NCBI GenBank assembly: GCA_047495785.1
Contig: JBLDXI010000001.1
Coordinates: 2,914,001-2,978,000, forward strand
Direction of reading: 5' to 3'
Length of the DNA: 64,000 nucleotides
DNA from: Lepidodermella squamata
Taxonomy: Eukaryota > Animalia > Gastrotricha
In this document: positions 12,864-24,419 of the stretch, piece after piece
Numbering within the stretch: position 1 is the first letter of the stretch
How the letters are laid out: each line of letters opens with the position of its first letter
The notes under the pieces: generated by a model
What the model saw: the letters and a program-made list of their open reading frames with translations, nothing else
What the model was told of the DNA's origin: nothing
The model's database searches: none
Translations under genes and position numbers: made by a program

Positions 12864-13808
12864 ATGTCTATCAATCCTGTTCAACGTTGGGGTGGCGAGC
12901 CTGGTCTGTGCCCGCAGTGCGGCTTGAAGGTTTACGCCGCCGAGGAGGTGATGGCTAACAGCCACAAGTGGCACAAGCTGTGCCTGAAATGCAGCCACTG
13001 CAATAAACTGCTGAGCCAAGGATCGCTGTGCAATCACGATGAAGATATCTACTGCCGGCCGTGCCACACGAAGCTTTTCGGCCCGAAAGGCTACGGATTC
13101 GCCGGTGGTGCAGCTGGTTTGCCGACTGAAGACCCAGGGTAAGTATCAGCATTTTCACAATTGAAGAAAAACGAACAGAATTTTAAAATCTGAGAAATTT
13201 CGAAAAATTGGAATATTATTGAGCATTTTGCGTGTCCCTCTTTTTGGACAAAATTTGCCCCTTTCGAATGTACGAAACCGCAAACCAAAAGGATTGTCTT
13301 TCATATTTACCTATTATTCTCCAAGGCCGAATATTTTCCTAATATTCCGATTTTTTTTTATAAAAATCCTTCCTAATTTTTTAGAGAAAATATTGCTCCT
13401 ATGCGCCAGTCTCCCAGCCTAATTTCACAGCCCTCGAACAATGGCTCGGGAGAAATTGTAGTCAAGAAAATCTCCGCCTCATTCTCAGCCTCGATCACAA
13501 CAAACGGCAACAGCAACAACGGCGGCCCGAAACCGGCAAATTACAACCCTGTAAAGCCGTTATTTGGCGCCGCTCCGAAATGCCGCCGCTGCAACACAGC
13601 CGTCTATGCAGCGGAGCGAGTTCTGGGCGGAGGCCACGCCTATCACAAGGCGTGCTTCAAATGCACGAGCTGCAATCGCAATCTCGACTCGGTCACGCTT
13701 TGCGAGCGAGACGAAGAGCTGTTCTGCCGCGCCTGTTACGGAAAAAACTTCGGCCCGAAGGGATTCGGCTTCGGCATCGCCACTCTCAACACGGAAATTC
13801 CTAATTAA
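12864..13808 (+). CDS. CSRP: Cysteine/glycine-rich two-LIM protein (CRP/muscle LIM protein family)
   Basis: Exons 12864-13138 and 13418-13808. Two LIM domains (CPQCGLKVYAAE..WHKLCLKC..C; CRRCNTAVYAAE..YHKACFKC..C), each followed by a Gly-rich FGPKG[YF]GF motif. Confidence 0.93.
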
Positions 13809-15709
13809 AAATCGCAGATTAAATCCAGCTTAATAACAAAACGTTTAATTTTTTTGAAAATGATTACACTATTTGCCATTTTCTTCTATTTTACATTCTA
13901 TTAATTATATTATGAAAAATCGCTTCAATTTTGTTTGAAAAGTACATTCAACCCCCTGCTGCTCTGTCATTCCTGGGAAGTTTTTTAGTTGTTAAGGTGA
14001 CTCATTTCCGATCCTCTGCTCATTTCAATGTACTGAGTACAAATTTCACGCGCCAATTCATTTCTTGTTTGTTTGCCAACCAACAGACTGGTTTCATGTA
14101 TGTGTGTAAAAAATACCTGAACAAGTGCAAACTGCTCCTAAAAAATATGAAATTCAGCCCTATTGCTCACCCTGTTTTTGTTCAATCGTCACGCCTCATT
14201 TCTCGTCTTAGAATCTTCTCCTCAATTTTTCTTCTTTCATCTCGCGTCCCGCCGCACTTGGTGCGTAGTTTTCTTATTAATCACGATATTCTCGCCAGAA
14301 AAAACAAACAAATAATCTGCCGGAATTTATGGTGTTATCGATAATAACCTTGAGCCATAGGCTATAATAACGTGATTCATTATTTTATTTTTTTTCTCGG
14401 GGCCAAAAAAATTTACCCTTGCCAAAAACTGCTTACCTATCTCGTCCTGCTGCTTTGATGAATTTTCGAAATATTTATCTGTTTTTTCTCTCGTTATTCC
14501 GGTAATAAAAACCAGCTTGTTTGTAACCGATATTTTCTGGTGGTAACTTGGGGTTAGGGAGTCAGTCGCCTCTTTGCGGGACATCATAATATGTTTTCGC
14601 GTGTCTGCGAAGTTTGCACCTCAAGTTACCTGAGAAAACACGGGCCTATTTCTCGCCTTCTTTGTTACTAGCGTAATATGCTATTTGGCGTCACTTTGTA
14701 CTATTTTATTTGCGGCTGATATTTAGCCTCAGCAAATGACACGCCGGGTCTCTTCCTCTGGTGTTTATCTGGTCTATTGTGCGCCCCATCCGGCTGCCGT
14801 AAGCATGTGTGCTATCATTCATCATCATCATGAGAACTGTTTTAGCCTTCATAACAAGTCGAGTTATACAGCTACACCTACTTACTTATTGCTATTTGTC
14901 GCAAGAAACAAGGAGAAACGGACATGATATGATGAAGCTTTTTGCTTGTTTTTGTTTTGATTTGTCAATAAAATGTATAACTAGTGGTGCCCACTTTTCC
15001 ACTGGCCACAGTGCTGTTCTTCAATGTTTCAGCCAATCACCTTGCATTATTGGTTGCAGACGCGGCGGGCGGGGATCGATTATTGTTGGTACAACTGCTG
15101 CTATTAATCGATCACAATGGAGCACGTGCCCATCAGACGCAGGTTATTATACGCCCCCATAGAGAGCGGAATGTATATAATATAATGGCGGGTATATTTT
15201 TGGTGAGGGCGATGATAAACAAGGCGGTAAGAGATCCTGATGAAAGCATCAACAACGCCTTAATTTTGGCTGTTATGGATGCGAATAATAATGTGAAACA
15301 AACAATGATGCACATTGTATGCGATGTTACACCCACGTGTTTCTAAAATGGCGATATATCGAGTTTTGTTTTTATCAGTGGTGTACGTTCAGTTTCGAAT
15401 CATATCGATATGGGCTCTGAATCGAGTCAAAGTTTCGAATAAAAGCCGGGGTATAAAAATTAGGTAACAATAAAAAAGTTGAAATACAACAAACAAACAA
15501 AATACAAATAAAAATAAGGTTAAAGAGAAGATATAAGGTCTCTGAAAAGCTTCCGAAGCTCCGCTATCTCATTTCGAAAATTCCTGAGCAACGCTAAATA
15601 AACTCAATTTTAGCTGCCAAAAATATCAGTAAGACGTATCAGATGAGTTTCGAACAAAAAATTGAGAAAAATAGGTCCAATAAAATTGAGGATCCGCATT
15701 GACAGCCTA

Positions 15710-15885
15710 CAGGGTGGCCAAAAAATTGGGCAGAGCGGGAATTCGCTGCGCATCAATTTAATGAGGAGTTTAAAGAAGTTGAAGAATTTCAAGCATTCTT
15801 TTGCCTGGAATTCCTCAATTTCTTGACTCCTCATTAAATTGATGCGCAGCGAATTCCCGCTCTGCGGAATTTTTTGGCCACCCTG
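15710..15885. mobile_element. Tc1/mariner-type MITE, 176 bp
   Basis: Near-perfect ~60-bp terminal inverted repeats starting CAGGGTGGCCAAAAAATT and ending TTTTTTGGCCACCCTG. TA on both flanks (15708-9, 15886-7). Confidence 0.9.
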
Positions 15886-16765
15886 TAGCACAACAAGTTT
15901 CCGATTCTCTGCGATTTCGATGTTTCTTTTTATAACTAGAAATGTTCCGTTCCGATATGGGTTTGCTGATGTCGGAAAATCACTGATTTGTAAAATCGAT
16001 ACTTGGAATCGATATCGGCTCTGCAGCTGAAGCGTAACTCGTAAACCCTAAGAGCGCAAAATACGGGAAATATTAGGGTAGGGGCGGCGCGAAAGTCGAA
16101 AAAATCATATTATTGTTGGAAAATTTGGATACTCAAATTTAGTGCTTCAAACCCTTCAAAACGGGGTTTCCATTTGAGACTCCCATTGAAAATTGAGCCA
16201 TACGGCAACATTTTAAAGTATCAGAAAATATCAAAACCAATAGCGTCTTTGTTACTTCGGAAATTTCATCAAAATCCTCCTAAACAATCTCAACATTTTC
16301 ATATGAAAAAGCAGATTCTTTCCCAGACTTCAAATTTGATATTTTTTGTTTCTCATTGATGAGTCACCTTGTGGTTGAGCGAATTAATATACCAGCCAAA
16401 CAACCGGTTTCAAACTATTTGATATTTTTGCGTAGCCGCAGGAAATAAACGAAACACAAGCCATGAGCTGCTTCCGCAATGACAATTCAACTTTATTTGT
16501 CTTCTCTTATCCAAAAAATAATACAAAAATGAAACAAACAATAATATTATATCAATAGAATAGGACAAAAAGGCAATATTTTTATACACGCATGGTCGAG
16601 AGAGCTAGAATCTTGCGTTTGTTTTAAAAATCTGCTGATTTCTTTTATCGGCGTCATCATCGATGTTGAACAGGGAAGAAAGTGATGAGAGAGAGAGAAA
16701 AACGTGTATTTTTCCGGCGCCTTCACATAACTGTTGATTTTTTTCGCAATACTGCTTTTATACAT

Positions 16766-19700
16766 TCATCGCGGTTTTACAGGCTTGCTGTTGCTGTTGT
16801 GATTATTTGGCATGGCGTAAGAAAGACCGGTTGTCGTTTTGCTGTCACCGCTGTTGTTCGACGGCGACAGCCGGCTGAGTTGTGTCACCGCAGCCGGCGA
16901 ATTCGCGCCCTCAAAATCATCATCCTCGTCCGTATTCGCCACGGATAAATCTTCATTCAACTGATCAGGCAGCGATTTCCACGCTGGGATAGACGAATAT
17001 AGCAGGTGATGCCGTGACGAGTGTTTACTACCGTGACGGCTCAGCGTGCCGAACCGGCTAACGCCAGGCCGCAACGTCGACGACGGCATCGATTTTTTGT
17101 GCTTCAATTTCGGCGATTGACTCGGCGTCATTTCCGTGCCGAAATCCTGCTTATCAACCGAAACTTTCACCACGAGCCCATACGTTGGCGAATGCGCGGC
17201 GGTAATAACCGGCTGGTGGTTTTGCACGTATTTTTTCGGCGTCAATTTTTTCTCGTTGCGATTCTTTCGCAAGCAGAAAATGAGAGCGGCGATGAAAAAA
17301 GCGCAAATAAGGACGACGCCGGCGATAATTGCGCTTATCATTATTGTTGTGCTGTTAGATGACTGGGCGTGGTTGTCGGCCAACTCGCCAGTTGACCTAA
17401 TTTCTGTCACCGTTAGGTCAAGTGGCCAATCTTTACGATGGTCTGGGCATCGATCGGTTTCGTTCACCGCATGATAGAAATGCCTGTGAAAATTGAAAGA
17501 ATTGATTTTATTATTCGTTAAAAATTTGTAGCAACCATTTTTTCATGGATGTTTTCGAATTTATTTCCCATTTTATCAAATTTTATTAGATTTTTCCAAA
17601 TTCCGTGCAAACCGTATCCAGTAAATTTTGGGGAATTTCCCAGTTCAAATGCGGACTTGGCTCGACTGATGACCTCAATTTACACTCTTAGGCAAATATT
17701 CACGACAAATTGGGGTAGGAAACGCGAACTATGTTTACCAATTTGTACTGCGTGACACGGGTAAAAGGGTAAAATAGCGGTCATCGACAGCATAGGTAAA
17801 TTAACTCTGATTATATAGCTATAAAGGTCCTAAAATGATTTTCGATGAACAAATATTTGAACAGCACTTTCCTCATTTTTTTCAGCGGCGAGTTTGCATT
17901 CGGTAAAATTTTACCGAAAATGAATTGGCGACCCAAGTACAACAAGGAATCAACTTTGAAAAAGTGGGACCAAGGGTTGAAAACCCCCATTGCTGGTACC
18001 TTGACGTGGTTTGGGGGCTTCGTCTCGACGACCCGGAGGGCTGTGCCGACGGTTTAACCAATGCGGAGAGGCCGATGGATAGAGGCAAACTAACACCAGC
18101 CGCACGGCAACGTGGCGAACTGCCTGCGTACACAGCCCATGAAACCCATGAACAACGACAACAAAATCAAATCAACAAACAACTTCCTTTCGAGAAAACA
18201 AATCCAAGCGTTGATACAGAAGGCGAGGGGGCACGCAAACTGCAGTATGACTGGGCCGGCCCAAAGCCGCAAGGACGGTCGGTTCACGACTTCCACTCTG
18301 CCTGATGCTAAGACGCTTTCGCGAGTTGGAGCTTTTAACGTGAGGACGCTGTTCGAACCTTCAAAACTCGCCCAAGCCTTCAAAGTCCGGGCCGACTACA
18401 AACTCGGCGCTCTAGGCATTAGCGAACACAGATGGTTAGGTCATGGCGTGATTATGAACGACGATGGATCAGTGTTCTTGTACTCCGGGGGAACGGAGCA
18501 CGCGAGGGGCGTGGGCCTGATGCTCTCTAAGGAAGTTTTACGGTCGATGATCGAATGGGAGCCAATAAGTGACCGTCTGATACGCGCTAGGTTCCAGGGC
18601 AGGCACTGTCGAATAACTATTCTGCAGTGCTACGCACCAACTAATGAAGCCGAGGACGAAACTAAAGAACTCTTCTACGAATCACTCCAAAAGTGCGTAG
18701 AAACAGTTCCGAGGCACGACCTCACAATCGTCATGGGGGACCTTAACGCTAAGGTGGGCGCTGAAAACTCAGGTTACGAAAACTGGCTGGGAAAACACGG
18801 ATGTGGGGAGCGTAATGATAATGGCGACCGGCTAGTGGAATTCTGTGCGACGAATCAACTCGTCGTGGGCGGTAGTCTATTCCAGCACAAGGACATTCAC
18901 AAACTGACGTGGGAATCTCCGGATGGCAAAACACGCAACCAGATCGATCATATCCTGATCAATCGGCGGTGGAAGACCTCGCTACGCGACGTTCGTGTCT
19001 ATCGCGGTGCGGATTGCTACTCGGACCACTATCCCGTTGTGGGTGCATTCCGGCTTAAACTGGCTTCACCGTCAAGAAAGAAAACTGCTATTCGCCGAAA
19101 AGTGAACATCGCAAAACTTCTCAACCCTGAATGCAAAGCACGATTTGTCGAAGAACTACGTCAACGACTTGGCTGGAAGCCGTCTAGCGAACCCACAAGC
19201 GTTGAGGGTGAGTGGCAGACCATTCGGGATGCCTTTACCAGTACGGCCGGCGCAACCATTGGTTACGAAGAGAAAAATCGTAGACCATGGATGTCACAAG
19301 AGACATGGACGAAGATAGAGGAGAGAGCAGCTATCCACCGCAAACGGCTCCAGCAAGCGAGCCTTGCCGATTGTGAAACCACTCAAGCTGAGTACAACGC
19401 GAAAAACAAGGAGGTAAAACGTAGTGCGAGACGCGACAAGCGCAAATTCGCCAGCGACATAGCTACCGAAGCGGAGAATGCCGGACGAAAAGGCGACACC
19501 AAGAAGCTGTTCCGACTCGCCAAACAACTAGCAGGCGGAACATTTGGGGGCTCGTCAAAATTCGTCAAAGACGAAAATGGCCGCTTGTTGACCACGGAGC
19601 GGGAGCAAACTCAAAGATGGGTAGAGCACTTCCAAAAGGTGTTAAATCTGCCCGAACCTGAAGTCAAAATTTCTCCCGAGCCAAAAGCTGTCGACCTTGA

Positions 19701-22700
19701 CATCAGAACTGACCCTCCAGATAAAGCCGAAATAACAAAGGCGATCCTGGAACTGAAAAATGGGAAGGCGGCGGGCAACGACGGCATAGCTGCCGAGCTT
19801 TTGAAAGCCGACGTCACCCTGTCAACAGAAGTGTTTTACGACCTCTTCAAACGAATATGGAACGAAGAACAAATCCCAAACGACTGGGCCCACGGCCTGA
19901 TCGTGAAGATACCGAAGAAAGGCGACTTATCGAACTGCGATAACTGGCGCGGAATCACCCTGCTTTCAATACCAAGCAAAGTTTTCTGTCGAATTCTCCT
20001 AAATCGAATGAAGAAGCAAATAGACGAACTCATACGCGAGGAACAAGCCGGTTTCCGCGAACTACACAGCTGCATAGACCAGATATTCGCGCTCAGGTGC
20101 ATAGTTGACCAATGCCTCGAATGGAATGCACCCGCTATCATAAATTTCGTCGACTTCAAGAAGGCGTTTGATAGCGTCCATCGGGAAACACTTTGGGCAA
20201 TCCTGCGATCCTACGGCATTCCTGCCAAGATCGTTAACATGATCGCGATCTTCTACAAAGATTACGAATGCAGCGTTCTAACCGGCAATGGTGACATGTC
20301 GGATAAATTCGCTGTGAACTCGGGGGTCCGTCAAGGCTGTGTTATATCGCCGATATTATTTTGCATCGCCATGGATTTCATCATGCGGTGCACAAACGAC
20401 AAAGCGCAAAATGGGATCCAGTGGACTGTTTTCACACAACTACACGACCTCGATTTTGCTGACGACCTCGCTCTACTCGCTACCTGTGCGAAACATCTCC
20501 AACAAAAAACCAACAAACTCAAACAAACCGCAGAATACGTCGGTCTCCAGATAAATGTAGCGAAAACCAAGGTAATGCGAGTCAACCTGCCAGATATCGG
20601 TGACAGCCTGAAAATCGACAACGAGAAGCTGGAAGAGGTGCGTGACTTCCAATACCTGGGAAGTGTCATAAGCCTAGACGGCACTGGTGTTGACATCAAA
20701 CAGAGGCTAAAGAAAGCTAGAGCGGCATATGCAACCCTCAACAACGTCTGGCGGTCAAAAGAACTCACCCGCAAAATCAAGATCCGCATATTCAACGCAA
20801 TCGTTAAAGCAATCTTGTTATACGGAGCAGAATGCTGGCGATACACAACCGCTGATTTCGCAAAACTCGATGCATTTTACAATCGCTGCCTACGCAGGAT
20901 ATGTGGCATCCACTGGCCGAAAGTCATCAGCAACTACGAATTGCACCGGCTGGTTGGCTGTCGACCTCTATCTCAGGAGATCAGACTGCGGCGATTGAAA
21001 TGGCTCGGGCATGTCCTTCGCATGAAGTACGATCGCATCCCAAAAGTGGCACTATACTGGCAGCCCATCGGCCAGAGGTTCCGGGGTCGACCGAAGACCA
21101 CTTGGAGGACAACCGTACAAAAAGACCTCGAGTCGCTCAATCTCAGCTGGGCGGAGGCGCTTAAGTTAGCCAAACAACGAGAGGCATGGCGGGAAAAAAT
21201 TAATAACATCTAATAACCTGCTCTATCTGAACTACCTATATTATCTGTTTTCTGTCTATGAACTACGAAAATATGTCGTGGGCTGTATGTCCCTCACGGG
21301 ATTTGGCATTGAATGAAGGGTTGAAAAAGTAGGGTCTGAATCCTGAAATCGAAAATTCTCGCCTTTAAGGGAAAAGAAAAGTATAATTTCGACTGAGGAA
21401 ATAATTTTTATCAGGTTGGTATGGTCTAAAATTTCGTCTGGAATGGCGAAAAATTTCCGGTAAGGAAATGGAAGATTCCGGTCAACGCTCTTCGAATTTC
21501 GGATGATTCCATCCCATTAGAATTAAAAAAATGCATCTAAAATAATTTGGGTCCTCCCGTTAACGGAACCCAATTTCCCGATGAGTGGAACCAAATTTAG
21601 AATATTTATTGAGCCTGAAACCCCTTTTCAGATCTTCCAACGAAAGTTATTATAGACCCTCATAATTATAAAAAAAATTTAAAATCCAGCGTAAAATTCT
21701 GTGCAAGACTTTGAGTTCATTTAAGAATCATACATTGAGCCAAATTCTTAGAAATATTTGAAAATCAACATTCAGCAAATTTCGAATTAGGTTCCCAAGA
21801 TGCTAATTAGGTTCCGCTAACTGTAAATTTGATTCTGCTTAAGGATATCGTTAGCGACGTTTAATAACTCGGATTTAGGCTTGTTTGCTTCCTTGTCAAA
21901 GTTGTGGGTGACAAGTAAAAAGTCTGTTGGTTTTGCCTCTTCATTCACGCTAAAAAAGCCGCTTCTTACTTGTCACCCGTGACCTTGAAACATATGTAAA
22001 CAAGCCTAAATCCGAGTTATTCAACGTCGCTAAAGATATTCTGAAATAAGTAAATGTATTGAAATTGTGCGTTACCTTTGAGTATTTAGGCAGCCAGTCT
22101 CGAATTTACAGTAAGGATAACCCTCAGCCAAACAGCTGCACCTTGATTTAGCCGCTCCACAAGTCGCGTCCTTCCTCACCAAATGCAGCCCAATCGCTGT
22201 TTTCGCAGTCAATAAAACAGCCTGAACAGGCAATTGCGGAGCGTAATCACCGCCAAAACCCGGCGGCCACGTCGACAGCCGCATGATAGGCGTTGATTCA
22301 GAGAAAAATTTAACCCGCGACAACAGCCGAGAGTTGAGCCGAGGCAGGTAAGGATTGTCGAATGTCGCCGAGTCGAACGGGCCGCTTTTGTAGCCGTTCG
22401 GGAAGTTTAACTTGGCGCCGTTTCTCAATTTAACGGGCGTTGATGGGTCGAGATCGACGAGGTCGATGGAAATTCGAAGCAGCCGGCCGTTACTCGTGCC
22501 GACGAATAACATGTGCTGCCAACCTGGGCGAGCCATATTCGGTGACCAATCAACTGCGATTGTCGTTAAACGATAGCTAAATTCAATTACATTAAATGAA
22601 GAAAACAAATAAATTTATGAAAAATTACTTCACAGTTGTGTCATAAAAAACCGGTTCGGAATTGATCATCGTTGCCAAACGGTAAATATTAGTATATTTT

Positions 22701-24419
22701 ACGCGAAATTCGTGGAGCGCCATTTTTTCGGACTCGGTAAATTTCGCGGAGCACTAAAAAATGGGTAAAAATTAGCAAAAATATTCGAACTTCTCGAAAC
22801 TGGTCCTTACATTATTAGGACGAGCATTGAGATCTTCGGTGCCATAAACGACAGGCAGGTCGGGCTTAGTGATGCCGGCTTTTGAAGACAGGCGAACAAA
22901 GGGTGATGTTGCAAAAAGCCGCCGGATAGCGCTTTCTTCGAATAAGCAAATGCCAATCGAATTCGGCGCATCGGGGTCACGGTTGAATGCGCCATAGAAA
23001 AATCGATTGTTGTCACTCTCAGGAGAAAGTGGGGTGATATCGGCTGAAAAAATAGGCCATTATAATTAATTCTTATCGTAATTGGATTTCAAGCTAAAAT
23101 TATTACTAAAAATAAATAAATTATCAATTAATTAATTAATAATAATTAAGAGCTTGGGGAATAAATTGATAGGAGAGTAGGAAATTACTTCTTAATTAGC
23201 TAATTAATTTAATTAAGGCTAATTCTCACCTAGCTGTTCGAAGCGAAAAGGTGGAGTGCTGCTGCTAAACAGGCTCTCGACGTTAAGCGGCGCCGCTGCC
23301 GACGCGCCGGCTCCTGTTTTGAGTTGCGGCAGAAACCCGCAGAACAGGTACGCTTTGAAGAAAGACGCCGAAACAGCCGAGCCACTAGTGCCGACTGCAG
23401 TCGGGCCACTTTTGCAGAATTGCGCGATTTTAGCCGACCGCTGTTCATTGAAAAACATGTAGCCAAAATCGTTACGCTCCAGTGAACCGATGAACTGAGG
23501 CCGCGATAGCGACGTTGGCTCGGCTATAACGTTGCGCGTGACCAAGCTGGCGCTGTGACTAGAAGCGGATGACGAAGATGAGGTTTCAAGGTCGGCTAGG
23601 GGCCTTGAAACTATGACGGGGTGGAAGATGGCGCTATTGACTTCGGGCGATTCGTAAATTCCCGAAAATATATGCCCGTCTAAACGAGAAGAACGATAAT
23701 TTCAAAAAATTGAATTTTCAAAATCTGTAAATTAAATTTAATATCTAAAATATTAATAATTGTTACCTGAAATGAAATTTGTAAAATTTGAATCGGGCTC
23801 AAATGGCACAATGTCTTTGCCGTTTGCGATTTGCTCGATGTGATATGATTCACGCGGGTGAAAATCGTACAAATCTTTGGCCTTGTGCAGCAGCTTTTTA
23901 GCCGCATCTCGGCACAGCCAGCACCGCGGTTCAAAAGCGCCAATACCGCAAAATACGACGCTGTCATCGGTCGGGCGGCGAAATAACGCGCGAACGTAAG
24001 TCGACCGGCAAACGAGTTCGCTCTCATTAGGATCGTCCTCGAACAAGTCCAAACAGCCCCGGTTGGTGTCGTTCATTAAAGGGAAAGATAAATTGCGCCA
24101 AATTATTCGGCCTTGCTCGACAGAACCGGTCATATTAAGTACCATCAAATTATTTCTGAACAAAATTAAATATAAAAAAATCCTCCTTAAATTTTAATAA
24201 TTTTACGCACCTTCCTCCAATGAAAGCCAGATGATGTTCGAAGCTCAGGAATCGTAAATAATCATTATGATCATCCGATATCCTAATTAGGCCACTCTCT
24301 GGTAATTGGTCGACGTCAACTTCAGGCGAAACCGAGTTATAAATCGCTGAAATTCTCCCGATCGCGAAAATCACTCCAATTAGGCCAATAAATGGCCATT
24401 TATTACTTAAATTCCGCAT
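16766..24419 (-). CDS. Divergent transmembrane semaphorin (signal peptide, Sema, PSI, TM, cytoplasmic tail; class 1/6-like), about 7 exons
   Basis: Motifs FIGGRN, C..YVRAL, FCGIGAFEPRC, PFEP, PQFIGS..YMFFNE, AQFCK, FFKAYLFC, FYGAF, RPNNC, RLTTIAVD, LFVGTSNGRL. PSI-like C..SRCSCL...PYC. TM IMISAIIAGVVLICAFFIAALIFCL in the last exon (~17484-16766). Confidence 0.85.
17984..21315 (+). mobile_element. Full-length RTE-clade non-LTR retrotransposon (LINE), inserted antisense in the last semaphorin intron
   Basis: Flanked by the 12-bp direct repeat AAGGGTTGAAAA (17972-17983 and 21316-21327). Single long ORF, short 3' UTR ending in TGAATG, and an RTE-like 5' leader (ACCTTGACGTGG..GGGGGCTT). Confidence 0.95.
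18139..21213 (+). CDS. LINE ORF: AP endonuclease plus reverse transcriptase (~1024 aa from the first ATG)
   Basis: APE motifs GAFNVRTL, GISEHRW, CYAPT, MGDLNAKVG, NQIDHIL, SDHYPV. RT motifs NWRGITLLS, EQAGFR, FVDFKKAFDSV, GVRQGCVISP, LDFADDL, FQYLGS. C-terminal LKWLGHVLR..RGRPKTTW. No stops or frameshifts. Confidence 0.97.
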   Translation: MKPMNNDNKIKSTNNFLSRKQIQALIQKARGHANCSMTGPAQSRKDGRFTTSTLPDAKTLSRVGAFNVRTLFEPSKLAQAFKVRADYKLGALGISEHRWLGHGVIMNDDGSVFLYSGGTEHARGVGLMLSKEVLRSMIEWEPISDRLIRARFQGRHCRITILQCYAPTNEAEDETKELFYESLQKCVETVPRHDLTIVMGDLNAKVGAENSGYENWLGKHGCGERNDNGDRLVEFCATNQLVVGGSLFQHKDIHKLTWESPDGKTRNQIDHILINRRWKTSLRDVRVYRGADCYSDHYPVVGAFRLKLASPSRKKTAIRRKVNIAKLLNPECKARFVEELRQRLGWKPSSEPTSVEGEWQTIRDAFTSTAGATIGYEEKNRRPWMSQETWTKIEERAAIHRKRLQQASLADCETTQAEYNAKNKEVKRSARRDKRKFASDIATEAENAGRKGDTKKLFRLAKQLAGGTFGGSSKFVKDENGRLLTTEREQTQRWVEHFQKVLNLPEPEVKISPEPKAVDLDIRTDPPDKAEITKAILELKNGKAAGNDGIAAELLKADVTLSTEVFYDLFKRIWNEEQIPNDWAHGLIVKIPKKGDLSNCDNWRGITLLSIPSKVFCRILLNRMKKQIDELIREEQAGFRELHSCIDQIFALRCIVDQCLEWNAPAIINFVDFKKAFDSVHRETLWAILRSYGIPAKIVNMIAIFYKDYECSVLTGNGDMSDKFAVNSGVRQGCVISPILFCIAMDFIMRCTNDKAQNGIQWTVFTQLHDLDFADDLALLATCAKHLQQKTNKLKQTAEYVGLQINVAKTKVMRVNLPDIGDSLKIDNEKLEEVRDFQYLGSVISLDGTGVDIKQRLKKARAAYATLNNVWRSKELTRKIKIRIFNAIVKAILLYGAECWRYTTADFAKLDAFYNRCLRRICGIHWPKVISNYELHRLVGCRPLSQEIRLRRLKWLGHVLRMKYDRIPKVALYWQPIGQRFRGRPKTTWRTTVQKDLESLNLSWAEALKLAKQREAWREKINNI
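21843..22041. mobile_element. Foldback MITE, ~200 bp
   Basis: GATATCGTTAGCGACGTTTAATAACTCGGATTTAGGCTTGTTT pairs with AAACAAGCCTAAATCCGAGTTATTCAACGTCGCTAAAGATATTC. An inner pair GGGTGACAAGTAA / TTACTTGTCACCC is also present. Confidence 0.8.

Noticed and set aside
14736-15346. Overlapping 60-120-aa ORFs, one hydrophobic with an SLWGR amidation-like motif
   Set aside because: No repeated peptide motif, consistent splice structure or recognisable domain; cannot be distinguished from chance.
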